Below are positions 48,272 through 57,661 of a stretch of DNA of 64,000 bases, one piece after another. The first letter of the stretch is position 1. Every line of letters begins with the position of its first letter. This stretch comes from a virus (lineage: Duplodnaviria; Heunggongvirae; Uroviricota; Caudoviricetes): IMG/VR virus record IMGVR_UViG_3300042549_003167. The stretch is one strand, 5' to 3'. The translations under genes were made by a program, and so were the position numbers. Under the pieces are notes generated by a model, which had not been told where the DNA came from, did not search any database, and saw only the letters and a program-made list of their open reading frames with translations.

Positions 48272-49329
48272 GTTTTGAAGATTTAAAACGAGAAGTTCAA
48301 GCAGGCCTAGATGGTAGAAACAATGGTATACCTATGGGCTTTGAAAGATTGAATAGATATATAGGCATCAGAAAATCTATGTACACACTGATTGGTGGCC
48401 TCACTGGTAGTGGTAAAACTAGCTTCTTAGATGATGCATATGTTTTAAATCCATTTGATTGGTTTATCAATCAAAAGACTCCAGGTCTGAAGTTACGCAT
48501 CATATATAGATCTATGGAGCGTAGCAGGACATATAAATATGCTAAATGGGTTTCAAGAAAGATATTCTTAGACCAAGGAGTTATTATACCTGTACCCAAG
48601 CTATTAGGTTGGACAGAGAAGATGACCAAAGATGAGCACGATCTGTTCCTGATGTATGAAGATTACATGGGACAGATGAAAGAAGTGATTACGCTTATTG
48701 ATGGACCAGACAATCCAATTGGTGTATCAAAGCAAATCAGAGACCATGCATTAGCTAATGGTGTCATAGAAGATGTAGATCAATACAATAAGAAATACAT
48801 TCCCAATGATGAGAATGAAATAACTATTATTGTTGTTGACCATATAGGCTTATTAAAACCAACTAAAGACTATCCTACAAAGAAGCAGACAATTGATAAG
48901 ATGTCTGATGAGCTGAGATATGCTCGTGACATGTATGGATACAGTCCTGTAATTGTAAGCCAGTTTAACAGGGACATTAATAATCCCATCAGGATTAAGA
49001 ATGGTGATGTAGAACCACAGCTAGAAGACTTTGCTGAGAGTTCACAAACACAGAATGATGCTGACGTTGTCCTAGCATTGTTTGATCCCATGCGATATAA
49101 AGTAACAGACCCATCAGGGTATGACCTAAACAAACTTAGAGATGAGTTTGGTGCAAAGTATTTCAGATCATTGAGACTAATAAAGAACAGTTATGGAGAA
49201 GATGATGTAAGAATAGGCTTAGGTTTTCTTGGCCAGGTTGGTATGTTCAAAGAACTACCTAAGGTCAAGTATATGAACGAGAGTGTATATAGTGATATTA
49301 CTAGTAAAACATTCTTTTTAAATAAATGA
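48268..49329 (+). CDS. DnaB-like replicative helicase, RecA-type C-terminal domain (353 aa)
   Basis: H1/Walker A: GGLTGSGKTSF. H2/Walker B: IIVVDHIGLL. H3: VIVSQFNRD. H4: ADVVLALFDP. Confidence 0.65.
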   Translation: MSFEDLKREVQAGLDGRNNGIPMGFERLNRYIGIRKSMYTLIGGLTGSGKTSFLDDAYVLNPFDWFINQKTPGLKLRIIYRSMERSRTYKYAKWVSRKIFLDQGVIIPVPKLLGWTEKMTKDEHDLFLMYEDYMGQMKEVITLIDGPDNPIGVSKQIRDHALANGVIEDVDQYNKKYIPNDENEITIIVVDHIGLLKPTKDYPTKKQTIDKMSDELRYARDMYGYSPVIVSQFNRDINNPIRIKNGDVEPQLEDFAESSQTQNDADVVLALFDPMRYKVTDPSGYDLNKLRDEFGAKYFRSLRLIKNSYGEDDVRIGLGFLGQVGMFKELPKVKYMNESVYSDITSKTFFLNK

Positions 49330-49500
49330 TAATGAGATTAAATGTAAAAACATATAACACACTACCTGCAAAGAACAGTCACTGGTGGCAAGTGGTGTTA
49401 TTTCCTACAGTGAGTATAATGAACAATATACAGAAGAATGACCCATACGTGGCTATTAATATAGAATATCTATTTTGGTCACTTACAATAATTATAAGTT

Positions 49501-50589
49501 ATGGCAATTCCAGTTCTTACGCTACGAGATAAGAGACAGCAAGAATTTGCTCAAGTATTCTTAGACCATGCAGAATTTGGTATCCTTAATCTATGCCCTA
49601 GATTTGGTAAGATATTTACAACTATCAACATCCTAGAGAAATTAGATGATGATATCAACATCCTGATAGCATATCCTGATCTTAAGATTAAGAGTGCTTG
49701 GGAAGAGGATTTCAAGAAAAGGAAGTATAAGAATCAGAACATCACTTATACCACCCATTTGTCTATTAAAAAGCACACAGCTGGCTTTTACGACCTAGTT
49801 GTACTTGATGAGATACATTTACTCTCTGAAGCACAAATAGAGGCTGTAAAGGAGCTAAAATGCGTCAGTGTGCTTGGTTTAACAGGTACATTATCTAGCT
49901 ATACAGAAGAAACATTAGGAATAGAGTTAAAACTACCAGTTTTAGCCACCTATTCTATAGATCAGGCAATTAAAGAAGGTGTCATTACAGACTATGAAAT
50001 CACAGTGGTGAGAGTACCACTTGATAACAAAAGAAAGAATGACTACAAGGGCAAATTGAAGACTGAGAAACAGCAATTTGACTCATATGGATGGGTGATA
50101 GACCAACTAGAAAAAAAGGGTCAAAATACAATGTTCTTAAGACTAGCTAGAATGAGAGTGATTCAGAATAGTGTTGCTAAAATGGAGAAAACAAGAGCTC
50201 TATTAGCAAAACACAAAGATGAACGTGTGTTAGTATTCTGTGGACTCACAAGCATAGCAGATGAATTAGGAATCCCTGTATATCATAGCAAGTCAGGAGA
50301 CAAAGATGTCTTTGAGAACTTTGCTAATGGTGATGGTAATCATTTAGCTGTTGTCAAGATAGGCAATACTGGTGTTACATATAAACCTCTTAATAGGGTG
50401 ATAATCAATTACTTTGATAGCAACGCAGAGAATCTTGCACAGAAGATTAACAGATGCATGGCTATGGAGTATAATACACCTGATAAGAAAGCACACATCT
50501 ACATCGTGTGCACTGTAGAAGATGTAGAAAGAAAGTGGCTTAAGAAAGCACTAGAATTTTTTGATAAAGATAAAATTAAATACACATGA
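49501..50589 (+). CDS. SF2 helicase/ATPase, DEAH/ResIII-like (362 aa)
   Basis: Motif I-like CPRFGKIFT. Motif II LVVLDEIH. Motif III VLGLTGT. Confidence 0.5.
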   Translation: MAIPVLTLRDKRQQEFAQVFLDHAEFGILNLCPRFGKIFTTINILEKLDDDINILIAYPDLKIKSAWEEDFKKRKYKNQNITYTTHLSIKKHTAGFYDLVVLDEIHLLSEAQIEAVKELKCVSVLGLTGTLSSYTEETLGIELKLPVLATYSIDQAIKEGVITDYEITVVRVPLDNKRKNDYKGKLKTEKQQFDSYGWVIDQLEKKGQNTMFLRLARMRVIQNSVAKMEKTRALLAKHKDERVLVFCGLTSIADELGIPVYHSKSGDKDVFENFANGDGNHLAVVKIGNTGVTYKPLNRVIINYFDSNAENLAQKINRCMAMEYNTPDKKAHIYIVCTVEDVERKWLKKALEFFDKDKIKYT

Positions 50590-50798
50590 AAGTAGAATTA
50601 GAAGAGCAAGTAAAGTATAATGCAGAGCCTTGGTTTGTAATAAGAGTGGATGGTGAATATTTTACTGGTACAGGCAATAAAGCCAATGCTGTTAAGATGT
50701 ACGAAGAAATAATAGCTGACCCAACTGTTATAAATACTAAGAGAATTATTTTGAAATCTGAAGAAATTACGTTACCTTTGGAGGAAACAAATCAGTAA
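50586..50798 (+). CDS. Hypothetical protein (70 aa)
   Basis: ORF only. Confidence 0.3.
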   Translation: MKVELEEQVKYNAEPWFVIRVDGEYFTGTGNKANAVKMYEEIIADPTVINTKRIILKSEEITLPLEETNQ

Positions 50799-50802
50799 AA
50801 AC

Positions 50803-51474
50803 ATGTCAAGTAAATTAATTGGAATTGTTGGTCCTACAGGCACTGGCAAATCAACATCAATCAAACATTTGAATCCCAAAGAAACGTACATTATCAATGT
50901 TGCTAAGAAAGAATTACCTTTCAAAGGAGCAGAGAAGTTGTACAACACAGAAAGTAAGAATTACAAAGAAGTGGATGACGCTAATGAGATTACACGTCTA
51001 TTAAGGACTATCTCTGAAAAAGCACCACACATTAAAAACGTTATCATTGAAGACTCTAATTACATTATGGGCTTCAATATGTTAGCACGAGCTACAGAAG
51101 TTGGTTTTACCAAATTTACCATTATGGCTAAAGATATGGTGGAACTATTCAGAGAAGCTAGACGCTTACGTGACGACATCAAAGTGTTCTATTTTACACA
51201 CCCTGAGACTATTGAGGATGGTGGTGAGATTATAGGATATAAGATTAAGACAGCAGGTAAATTGATTGACAATCAGATTGTATTAGAAGGATTGTTAACA
51301 GTTTGTTTGTACACATTTGTAGAAGAAAGCAAAGATGGCACAGCCACATATAACTTTGTAACTAACAGATTTAAAAAATATCCAGCAAAGAGTCCTGATG
51401 GAATGTTTGCAGAGATTAAAATACCAAATAACTTACAAGAAGTAGTCAATGCTATTGACGAATATTACAATTAA
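50803..51474 (+). CDS. P-loop ATPase (223 aa), AAA_24/Sak4-like recombination/replication ATPase
   Basis: The N-terminal Walker A (KLIGIVGPTGTGKSTSIKHL) and overall size match Sak4-like phage ATPases. Confidence 0.45.
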   Translation: MSSKLIGIVGPTGTGKSTSIKHLNPKETYIINVAKKELPFKGAEKLYNTESKNYKEVDDANEITRLLRTISEKAPHIKNVIIEDSNYIMGFNMLARATEVGFTKFTIMAKDMVELFREARRLRDDIKVFYFTHPETIEDGGEIIGYKIKTAGKLIDNQIVLEGLLTVCLYTFVEESKDGTATYNFVTNRFKKYPAKSPDGMFAEIKIPNNLQEVVNAIDEYYN

Positions 51475-51494
51475 TAACAAATAAATACAGAAAA

Positions 51495-52373
51495 ATGAGT
51501 AACATTGGAGGAGACAAAAGACAAAGCCCAGCATTTGAAGAAAAAGAGTTTGCCAAGAAGATTGGCTTATTCGAAGCAAGAGTGATTGCAGTTAACCCTA
51601 CAACAGAAGAATATTCTGATGTATTAGGAAGACAATTAAAAGAAGATAGCAAAGCTACAGAGTACTTAGGTACTAGTAAAGATGGTAATGCTAGATTACG
51701 TTTAGACTTTTGGTTAGAAGAAGTTAAAACACAAGAGAAGTTTAAATTAAGTTTCTTTATTGAAAACAAAGAGAAGGAAAATAAAGATCAAACTAAGAAA
51801 CAATATATTAATAACATTGGACGTTGTACATGGGCTGATAGTCCAAACAACTTACCACCATGGTTCAAAGAAAGAGAGAATCGTGTAGCATTTGTTGGTG
51901 AAGAAGACCTTTACAATTTCTTACGCTCTTGGTTAAGTAACATTGACTTTAGCAGCAAGAAATCTACATTACAATTAGAATTCAACAAGTTGATTAAGGG
52001 TAATGTTAAGGAACTTAATGAGCAAATCAATGGTGAGTGGGCTACAAACATTGTAGCATTGGCAACTGTTAGTTCAAAAGAGACAGCAGATGGTGTAAAA
52101 GAATATCAAGCTATATATAACAAAGCATTCTTACCTCCATATAGTATTAAAGCATTCAGATTATTAGATTATAATAAAGCTGAAGCAATTAGTGCATTAC
52201 GTCAAAAGTCACAGAAAGAATTAAAACCTCATGAGCGTTTTGTTTTGAATGTGGTTGGCGAATATGGCTGTAAAGATTTCTTTACATTCAAAGAGTTAAA
52301 AGATTACAACTCTGAAGACAATCTAGTAGCATCTGACAAGGTGATTGCAGATGATGACAGTGAATTTCTATAA
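51495..52373 (+). CDS. Putative ssDNA-binding protein (292 aa) with acidic aromatic C-terminal tail
   Basis: The C-terminus (...VIADDDSEFL) resembles SSB acidic tails (cf. DDDIPF). It follows the Sak4-like ATPase. Speculative. Confidence 0.3.
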   Translation: MSNIGGDKRQSPAFEEKEFAKKIGLFEARVIAVNPTTEEYSDVLGRQLKEDSKATEYLGTSKDGNARLRLDFWLEEVKTQEKFKLSFFIENKEKENKDQTKKQYINNIGRCTWADSPNNLPPWFKERENRVAFVGEEDLYNFLRSWLSNIDFSSKKSTLQLEFNKLIKGNVKELNEQINGEWATNIVALATVSSKETADGVKEYQAIYNKAFLPPYSIKAFRLLDYNKAEAISALRQKSQKELKPHERFVLNVVGEYGCKDFFTFKELKDYNSEDNLVASDKVIADDDSEFL

Positions 52374-52396
52374 TGGGTCCCACCAAAATAAGAATT

Positions 52397-52420
52397 GGCC
52401 TCACTTTTGTGGGGCCTTTT
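52397..52420 (+). terminator. Rho-independent terminator
   Basis: GGCCTCAC-TTTT-GTGGGGCC stem (one G.U pair) followed by TTTT. Confidence 0.5.
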
Positions 52421-52435
52421 CATTAACTTTACATT

Positions 52436-53440
52436 ATGATTAATGGAGTAAGAAAAACAAAACTATCCATAGAGGCTATTCTAAGCAGAATATCAGAGTA
52501 TGACATCTTTAGATTTTACATGCCTAATCAAGATTGGAAGATTAATAGAGTGACATATTCTCCATTTAGACATGAGAACAATCCATCATTCATGATTGGT
52601 AATAAGATGGGTTATCTTCTATTTATAGATTATGCTGATACTAGCAAACGTGGTGACTGTTTTAATTTTGTTCAGATGGTACATAATCTTCCTAATATGA
52701 GTGAAACTTTGCGTAAGATAGATAAAGACTTTGGTCTTGGTCTTTCTACAGGAGTGATAACAGAAGACTATAAGAGGATTATATCTGAATATAAACAGCC
52801 CCATCTAGAGAAGAGATATTCCCTGATTCAGGTCAAGGTTAGAAAGTTCACAAAAAGCGAACTAGACTATTGGGCAGAGTATCACCAGGATCTGCAAGAC
52901 CTTAGAGATAACAATGTTTATTCTATTAAAGAACTCTATCTTAACAAGCAAAGATTCCCACTAGGGGAGAATGAGCTTAGATTTGGGTACCTTTATGAAG
53001 GACAGTATTGGAAGATATATAGGCCATATGCTGATAAGAAGCATAAGTGGATGCCTAATAATGTTCCTATCACAGCAATGGATGGTAAATTGGATATCAC
53101 AAATTGTGATGTTGCATTTATTAACAAGAGTAAGAAAGATTATATGGTAATGAAGAAGATATTTCCCTGCTGTTGTGCTGTACAAAATGAAGGACTTGGA
53201 TGTTTCTCACATGAGAATGTAGAGTATCTAAAAGCAAACTCTGATAGACAAATCCTTAGCTTTGATGCTGATGATGTTGGTGTACAGAATTCCAAACAGA
53301 TTACAGAGATGTTTGATTTTGAATATACTAACGTCCCACGTCAGTATTTATCAGAAGGGATTAAAGATTGGGCAGATCTTGCAAAAGCCCATGGATTACA
53401 AGCAATAAAAGATTATTTAAAAAGTAAAAACCTGTTATAA
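52436..53440 (+). CDS. DnaG-type DNA primase (TOPRIM) with degenerate, Cys-depleted zinc-binding domain (334 aa)
   Basis: N-terminal ZBD-like RVTYSPFRHENNPSFMI...GDCFNFVQ (cf. CPFHDEKTPSF...CFGCG) with Cys replaced by Ser. C-terminal TOPRIM acidic motif LSFDADDVG. Confidence 0.55.
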   Translation: MINGVRKTKLSIEAILSRISEYDIFRFYMPNQDWKINRVTYSPFRHENNPSFMIGNKMGYLLFIDYADTSKRGDCFNFVQMVHNLPNMSETLRKIDKDFGLGLSTGVITEDYKRIISEYKQPHLEKRYSLIQVKVRKFTKSELDYWAEYHQDLQDLRDNNVYSIKELYLNKQRFPLGENELRFGYLYEGQYWKIYRPYADKKHKWMPNNVPITAMDGKLDITNCDVAFINKSKKDYMVMKKIFPCCCAVQNEGLGCFSHENVEYLKANSDRQILSFDADDVGVQNSKQITEMFDFEYTNVPRQYLSEGIKDWADLAKAHGLQAIKDYLKSKNLL

Positions 53441-54201
53441 TGGACACATTTAACACCACAAAGGAATTGATCACAAATGCATCAGTTCCTGTACAAACAC
53501 GTACATATAAGCCAGTGAGTCATTCATCATTGATTGACCTTACACTAAACAGTATTGAGAAAGCAGGATTTATCCTAGACAAAGAAACTTATTCTGCAGC
53601 TAGAGATGGTAATGTTGCTAATGGTAGATTTTCTATCAGCAATGTTGCAGACAGCGAGATGCAGTTACAGATTGGTTGGCAGAATAGTTATGACAGAAGC
53701 ATGAGTCTTAAGTTTGCTATTGGTACAAGAATTATGATATGCTCTAATGGTTGTGTATCAGGAGACTTTGGTGCCTTTAAGAAAAGACATAAAGGTGACA
53801 TACAAGACTTTACACCAGGTGCCATCGTTGATTACATCAAAGGTGCAGGTGAAGCATTTACTACTATGCAAAAGCAAAGAGAACAAATGAAACAAGTGCA
53901 AATAACTAAGCGTACCAAAGCTGAATTAGTTGGTAGAATGATGCTAGAAGAACATTTCATTACATCTACACAATTAAGCATAATTGGTAAAGAGTTAAAA
54001 GCTCCTACACATGATTATAATGCTAAAGATAGCTTATGGGAGTTGTACAATTATACAACATTTGCTATGAAAGAAACTCATCCATCACAATGGATGGAGA
54101 GTCACATCAAGGCACATAAGTTCTTCAATGATTACGCATATGATCAATCAGCTCCATGGGAAGCAGAAGAAGCAACATTTAGTCAAATATCAATATTTTA
54201 A
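53440..54201 (+). CDS. DUF932-like phage/plasmid protein (253 aa)
   Basis: QNSYDRSMSLKFAIGTRIMICSNGCVSGDFGAFKKRHKGD matches the DUF932 signature (NSHDGS...R.VCSNG......RH). Confidence 0.45.
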   Translation: MDTFNTTKELITNASVPVQTRTYKPVSHSSLIDLTLNSIEKAGFILDKETYSAARDGNVANGRFSISNVADSEMQLQIGWQNSYDRSMSLKFAIGTRIMICSNGCVSGDFGAFKKRHKGDIQDFTPGAIVDYIKGAGEAFTTMQKQREQMKQVQITKRTKAELVGRMMLEEHFITSTQLSIIGKELKAPTHDYNAKDSLWELYNYTTFAMKETHPSQWMESHIKAHKFFNDYAYDQSAPWEAEEATFSQISIF

Positions 54202-54202
54202 C

Positions 54203-54919
54203 ATGAACTGGATAAAGTTCCAAGATCATTTTCATCCTTCTTGGCATAGATTTATGCAGCCTTTTATTGAAAGCGAAGCATGTGATAACATCTATAAATA
54301 TCTCAAAGCTGAAAGTCAGAGGGGCAAGAAGATTGCTCCTCTCTCTCAGAATGTTTATAGATGCTTCTCTGAGACATCATATGATGACCTGAAGTTGGTT
54401 ATGGTGGGCATGTGTCCATATCATTCTATAAAGAATGGACAGTATGTAGCAGATGGCCTATTAATGGGCTGTTCTACAACAGGCATATTACAACCTTCTC
54501 TAATAAAGTTTTATGATGGTGTTGAAAAAGAGGTACACAATGGATTATGCGTGACATGTGAAAGACCAGCAGATGTATCTTTCTTAGCACAACAAGGTGT
54601 GTTGATGTATAACGCTGCTCTCACTACAGAGATTAATAAAGCAGGCTCTCATATTGATTTGTGGGAACCATTTACTAAATATCTATTTGAGGAAGTCTTA
54701 GCACCAACAGGAACACCTATATTGTTTCTAGGTAAAGATGCTTCTAAATATGAGAAATATGTGGCACCATTTACATGGCATTTCACATTGAGTCATCCAG
54801 CCAGTGCGTCTTATAAACAAACTGAATGGGACACAGAAGGAACATTTACAAAAATTAACAAAATATTAAAGGAAAACAACAATCTACAGATAGATTGGAT
54901 GTTAGACACACCCTTTTAA
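54203..54919 (+). CDS. ung: Uracil-DNA glycosylase family-1 homologue (238 aa) with the catalytic Asp replaced (GQDPYH becomes GMCPYH)
   Basis: Aligns with E. coli and human UNG throughout. Matched blocks: LKLVMVGMCPYHS, QPSLIKFY, QQGVLMYNAALT, ILFLGKDASKYE, TLSHPASASY, IDWM. The start was chosen at MNWIKF (54203), directly after the upstream stop, rather than the ORF-track start at 54128. Confidence 0.75.
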   Translation: MNWIKFQDHFHPSWHRFMQPFIESEACDNIYKYLKAESQRGKKIAPLSQNVYRCFSETSYDDLKLVMVGMCPYHSIKNGQYVADGLLMGCSTTGILQPSLIKFYDGVEKEVHNGLCVTCERPADVSFLAQQGVLMYNAALTTEINKAGSHIDLWEPFTKYLFEEVLAPTGTPILFLGKDASKYEKYVAPFTWHFTLSHPASASYKQTEWDTEGTFTKINKILKENNNLQIDWMLDTPF

Positions 54920-54929
54920 AAACACAATT

Positions 54930-55292
54930 ATGTATACAGTATTACATGGTGGAGATATCCACAAAGGAGATTTAATAGCAGTGGCTAGTAGTAGCTACAT
55001 GAGTATTGGTATTTATATTGGAAGAGGACAAGGAGGATCACTTCAATATCTATGGCCTGGTAGTGCCACAGCACAAAGAGATTGGCATGAAGAACAGTTA
55101 AAGAACTGGAAAGGTGATAAACCAATGAAACCACTTAGAATTTCTCAGATGGGCAAAAACTTTATTAATAGTCCAACTGGTACCAGAATTATTAAGTTAA
55201 ACAAAGAAAACATCACAGACCAAGAAACTATAGAAAGACTTTTAACAGATAAAGAAGTGTTAAGAGAATTTAACATTACAGTAAACTACTAA
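54930..55292 (+). CDS. Hypothetical protein (120 aa)
   Basis: ORF only. Confidence 0.35.
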   Translation: MYTVLHGGDIHKGDLIAVASSSYMSIGIYIGRGQGGSLQYLWPGSATAQRDWHEEQLKNWKGDKPMKPLRISQMGKNFINSPTGTRIIKLNKENITDQETIERLLTDKEVLREFNITVNY

Positions 55293-55296
55293 CACA

Positions 55297-57651
55297 ATGA
55301 TTTTAGAAAAACAAACAGAATCACACATCCTTGAAGAAGGAAGTACACAGGAAACTGTGAAGATGTCACTAGACTTAGATTCTGCTCAGGTCCTGATGCA
55401 GATGTTAAGTAAGAATCTATATTCAGATTCAGTAGGCTCTACTATCAGAGAATGTGCATCCAATGCACTAGATAGTCACAGAAGAGCTGGGTGTGATAAG
55501 CCTATTATTGTTTCATTTAAAAGAAACAATCAGGCAGATACATTTGAATTTGCTGTTGAAGACTTTGGTATTGGCCTAGATGCAGATGATGTACGCAATA
55601 TTATCAGTAAATATGGTAAATCAACTAAGCGTAATAGCAATACAGAATTAGGTATGATGGGCTTAGGTTTTAAGGCACCTTTAGCATATAGTTCTAGCTT
55701 CTACTTTGTATGTAGAAAGAATTCTATGGAACGTAAATACATGATGTATGAAGGAGATGATACAAACAGTATTGATCTTTTATATGAAAGGCCTACAACT
55801 GAGCCAAATGGTGTAAAGGTTATTGTCCCTGTTAAATATGAAAATAGATATAGTTTTACTCAGAAGATCAAAGAACAACTAGCTTATTTTGAGAGTGTTT
55901 ATTTTGATGTAGATAGTTCTTGGGGAAGAGTAGATAATGATTTTACTATACACAGAGCTGAGCATTATCAATATTCTGATCTTGCTACTAATGGTCACAT
56001 GCATTTGTGTTTAGATAATGTATCCTATCCAATTGACTGGGAGAAGCTTGGTATTGATAGAATTCCTATGAAACTAGCTTTACGTTTCAGTCTTAGTGAT
56101 GGATTATTCCCTACACCAAATAGAGAAGCACTTAGATATACACAAGAAGCTAAAGAAACCATTCTTAAGAAGATAACTACAGTGGCTAATATCTTCATGG
56201 AGAAGTTCAATGAGTCTATCACAGATAGTGCTGATATCAAAGCTATTATGGATTATTATGGTAATAATGATAAGTCTATTGATAGTTCTTTTATAGGACA
56301 ATCAGGAAGAATTGATGTAAGCTATTTACTTAGACATGCTACAACTATTAGTAAACAACCTAAATTAAAGGGTGCAGAATCATTAAACTTAAAGAGAATA
56401 GCTGAAATGTGTAAAGATTACATGTTAGCTGAGTATCAAGTGAAGTTTAGATACAATACCAATAGATTTAATAAGTCTACTAGTTATTGGACCACTAACT
56501 TAAGAGTGAATGATTTTTCAGGTGGTCATTTTGGTGGTGTATATATATTTAGTGATAGACTTAGTAAAGGTAAACAAGACTATCTAAGAAGTATATTGGG
56601 AGATAATCATAAAACATATTATTTTGTTAAAAAAGATAAACAATTTAAGCTTGGATCTAAGACAGTTACAGATTGGGAAACTTACCATTCTATATTAGAT
56701 TTAAAAAATCATCCAAAGACTCAATGGAGACAGATGATTAAAGAGTTTAGATATGTAATAGATATGTATTCTAAAACCTTTATTGATGTAGATGCTATTG
56801 ATATACCACAAGCATTTATAGATGCTCAGAAAGCTAAAAGAATGAAGGTTATAGCTAAAGCTACCACTGTAAAGGGTGTTAAGAAGGTTAGAATGAAAGG
56901 TGAATTCTCTGGTAAAAGAGGTGAATCAACACAACATACTCTAACTGACCAATATTGTAAGTTTGTTCCTAATACGTACAAAATGGAGGACATCCATAAA
57001 CTAAAGATGTTACATGTATATGCTAAGGAAGTTGATAAAAAGCAAATGGACAAAGCTTGGTCTTGTTTTAGCAAGCACGCAGCATTCATATTAGTTGCCC
57101 AAGCTACATTTGATAACTTACAGAAAGCAGATTTACATAACTGGATAACATTAGATAAATTTATGGAAGGTAAAAATAGACCATTTAAGACAATAACTAC
57201 AGCGTTCTTAATTGATGAGCTAATGACAAATCATAATGCTACATTCAAAAGAATTAATGTAGTTAGAGATATATCTGCTGATTTAGCAGATAAATTACAG
57301 ATATTGTATGATTATGATAACAATCACAATAGAAGCTATGCAGATGCTACAACTAAAAAAGCAGTTATAGAACATGCTAAAGCAAACAACTTATTTGACC
57401 AGCCTACATATCTAGTGTATCAGCAAGTTAATGAGGTGCTTACTAAGCTAAAGTTCTTAGATGCTATATTAGATACAATGCATTATAGCAATTCTAAAAA
57501 GGATTCTCCTATGATGATGGCTATAGTTGATCTTTTTAAATATCATAAGCATAGAGTGAATCTAGAGCATTATAAAATTACACTAACAGAAGATGCCCCT
57601 TTAGAGGAGGTGTTAACACAAGACACAATTGAAGAATTAGAAACAATTTAA
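55297..57651 (+). CDS. GHKL-superfamily ATPase (784 aa), Hsp90/MORC-like N-terminal ATP-binding domain
   Basis: N box IRECASNALDS (ExxxNAxD). G1 VEDFGIGLD. Hsp90-like spacer ISKYGKSTK. G2 GMMGLGFKAPLAYSS. No topoisomerase TOPRIM or MutL nuclease motifs found. Confidence 0.6.
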   Translation: MILEKQTESHILEEGSTQETVKMSLDLDSAQVLMQMLSKNLYSDSVGSTIRECASNALDSHRRAGCDKPIIVSFKRNNQADTFEFAVEDFGIGLDADDVRNIISKYGKSTKRNSNTELGMMGLGFKAPLAYSSSFYFVCRKNSMERKYMMYEGDDTNSIDLLYERPTTEPNGVKVIVPVKYENRYSFTQKIKEQLAYFESVYFDVDSSWGRVDNDFTIHRAEHYQYSDLATNGHMHLCLDNVSYPIDWEKLGIDRIPMKLALRFSLSDGLFPTPNREALRYTQEAKETILKKITTVANIFMEKFNESITDSADIKAIMDYYGNNDKSIDSSFIGQSGRIDVSYLLRHATTISKQPKLKGAESLNLKRIAEMCKDYMLAEYQVKFRYNTNRFNKSTSYWTTNLRVNDFSGGHFGGVYIFSDRLSKGKQDYLRSILGDNHKTYYFVKKDKQFKLGSKTVTDWETYHSILDLKNHPKTQWRQMIKEFRYVIDMYSKTFIDVDAIDIPQAFIDAQKAKRMKVIAKATTVKGVKKVRMKGEFSGKRGESTQHTLTDQYCKFVPNTYKMEDIHKLKMLHVYAKEVDKKQMDKAWSCFSKHAAFILVAQATFDNLQKADLHNWITLDKFMEGKNRPFKTITTAFLIDELMTNHNATFKRINVVRDISADLADKLQILYDYDNNHNRSYADATTKKAVIEHAKANNLFDQPTYLVYQQVNEVLTKLKFLDAILDTMHYSNSKKDSPMMMAIVDLFKYHKHRVNLEHYKITLTEDAPLEEVLTQDTIEELETI

Positions 57652-57661
57652 AAAACAAAAC

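Noticed and set aside
54128-54202. ORF-track start of the UDG gene at 54128, overlapping the preceding gene by 74 nt
   Set aside because: The UNG homology begins at MNWIKF (54203), which directly follows the upstream stop codon. The upstream extension (MITHMINQLHGKQKK...) is just the 3' end of the previous gene read in another frame.
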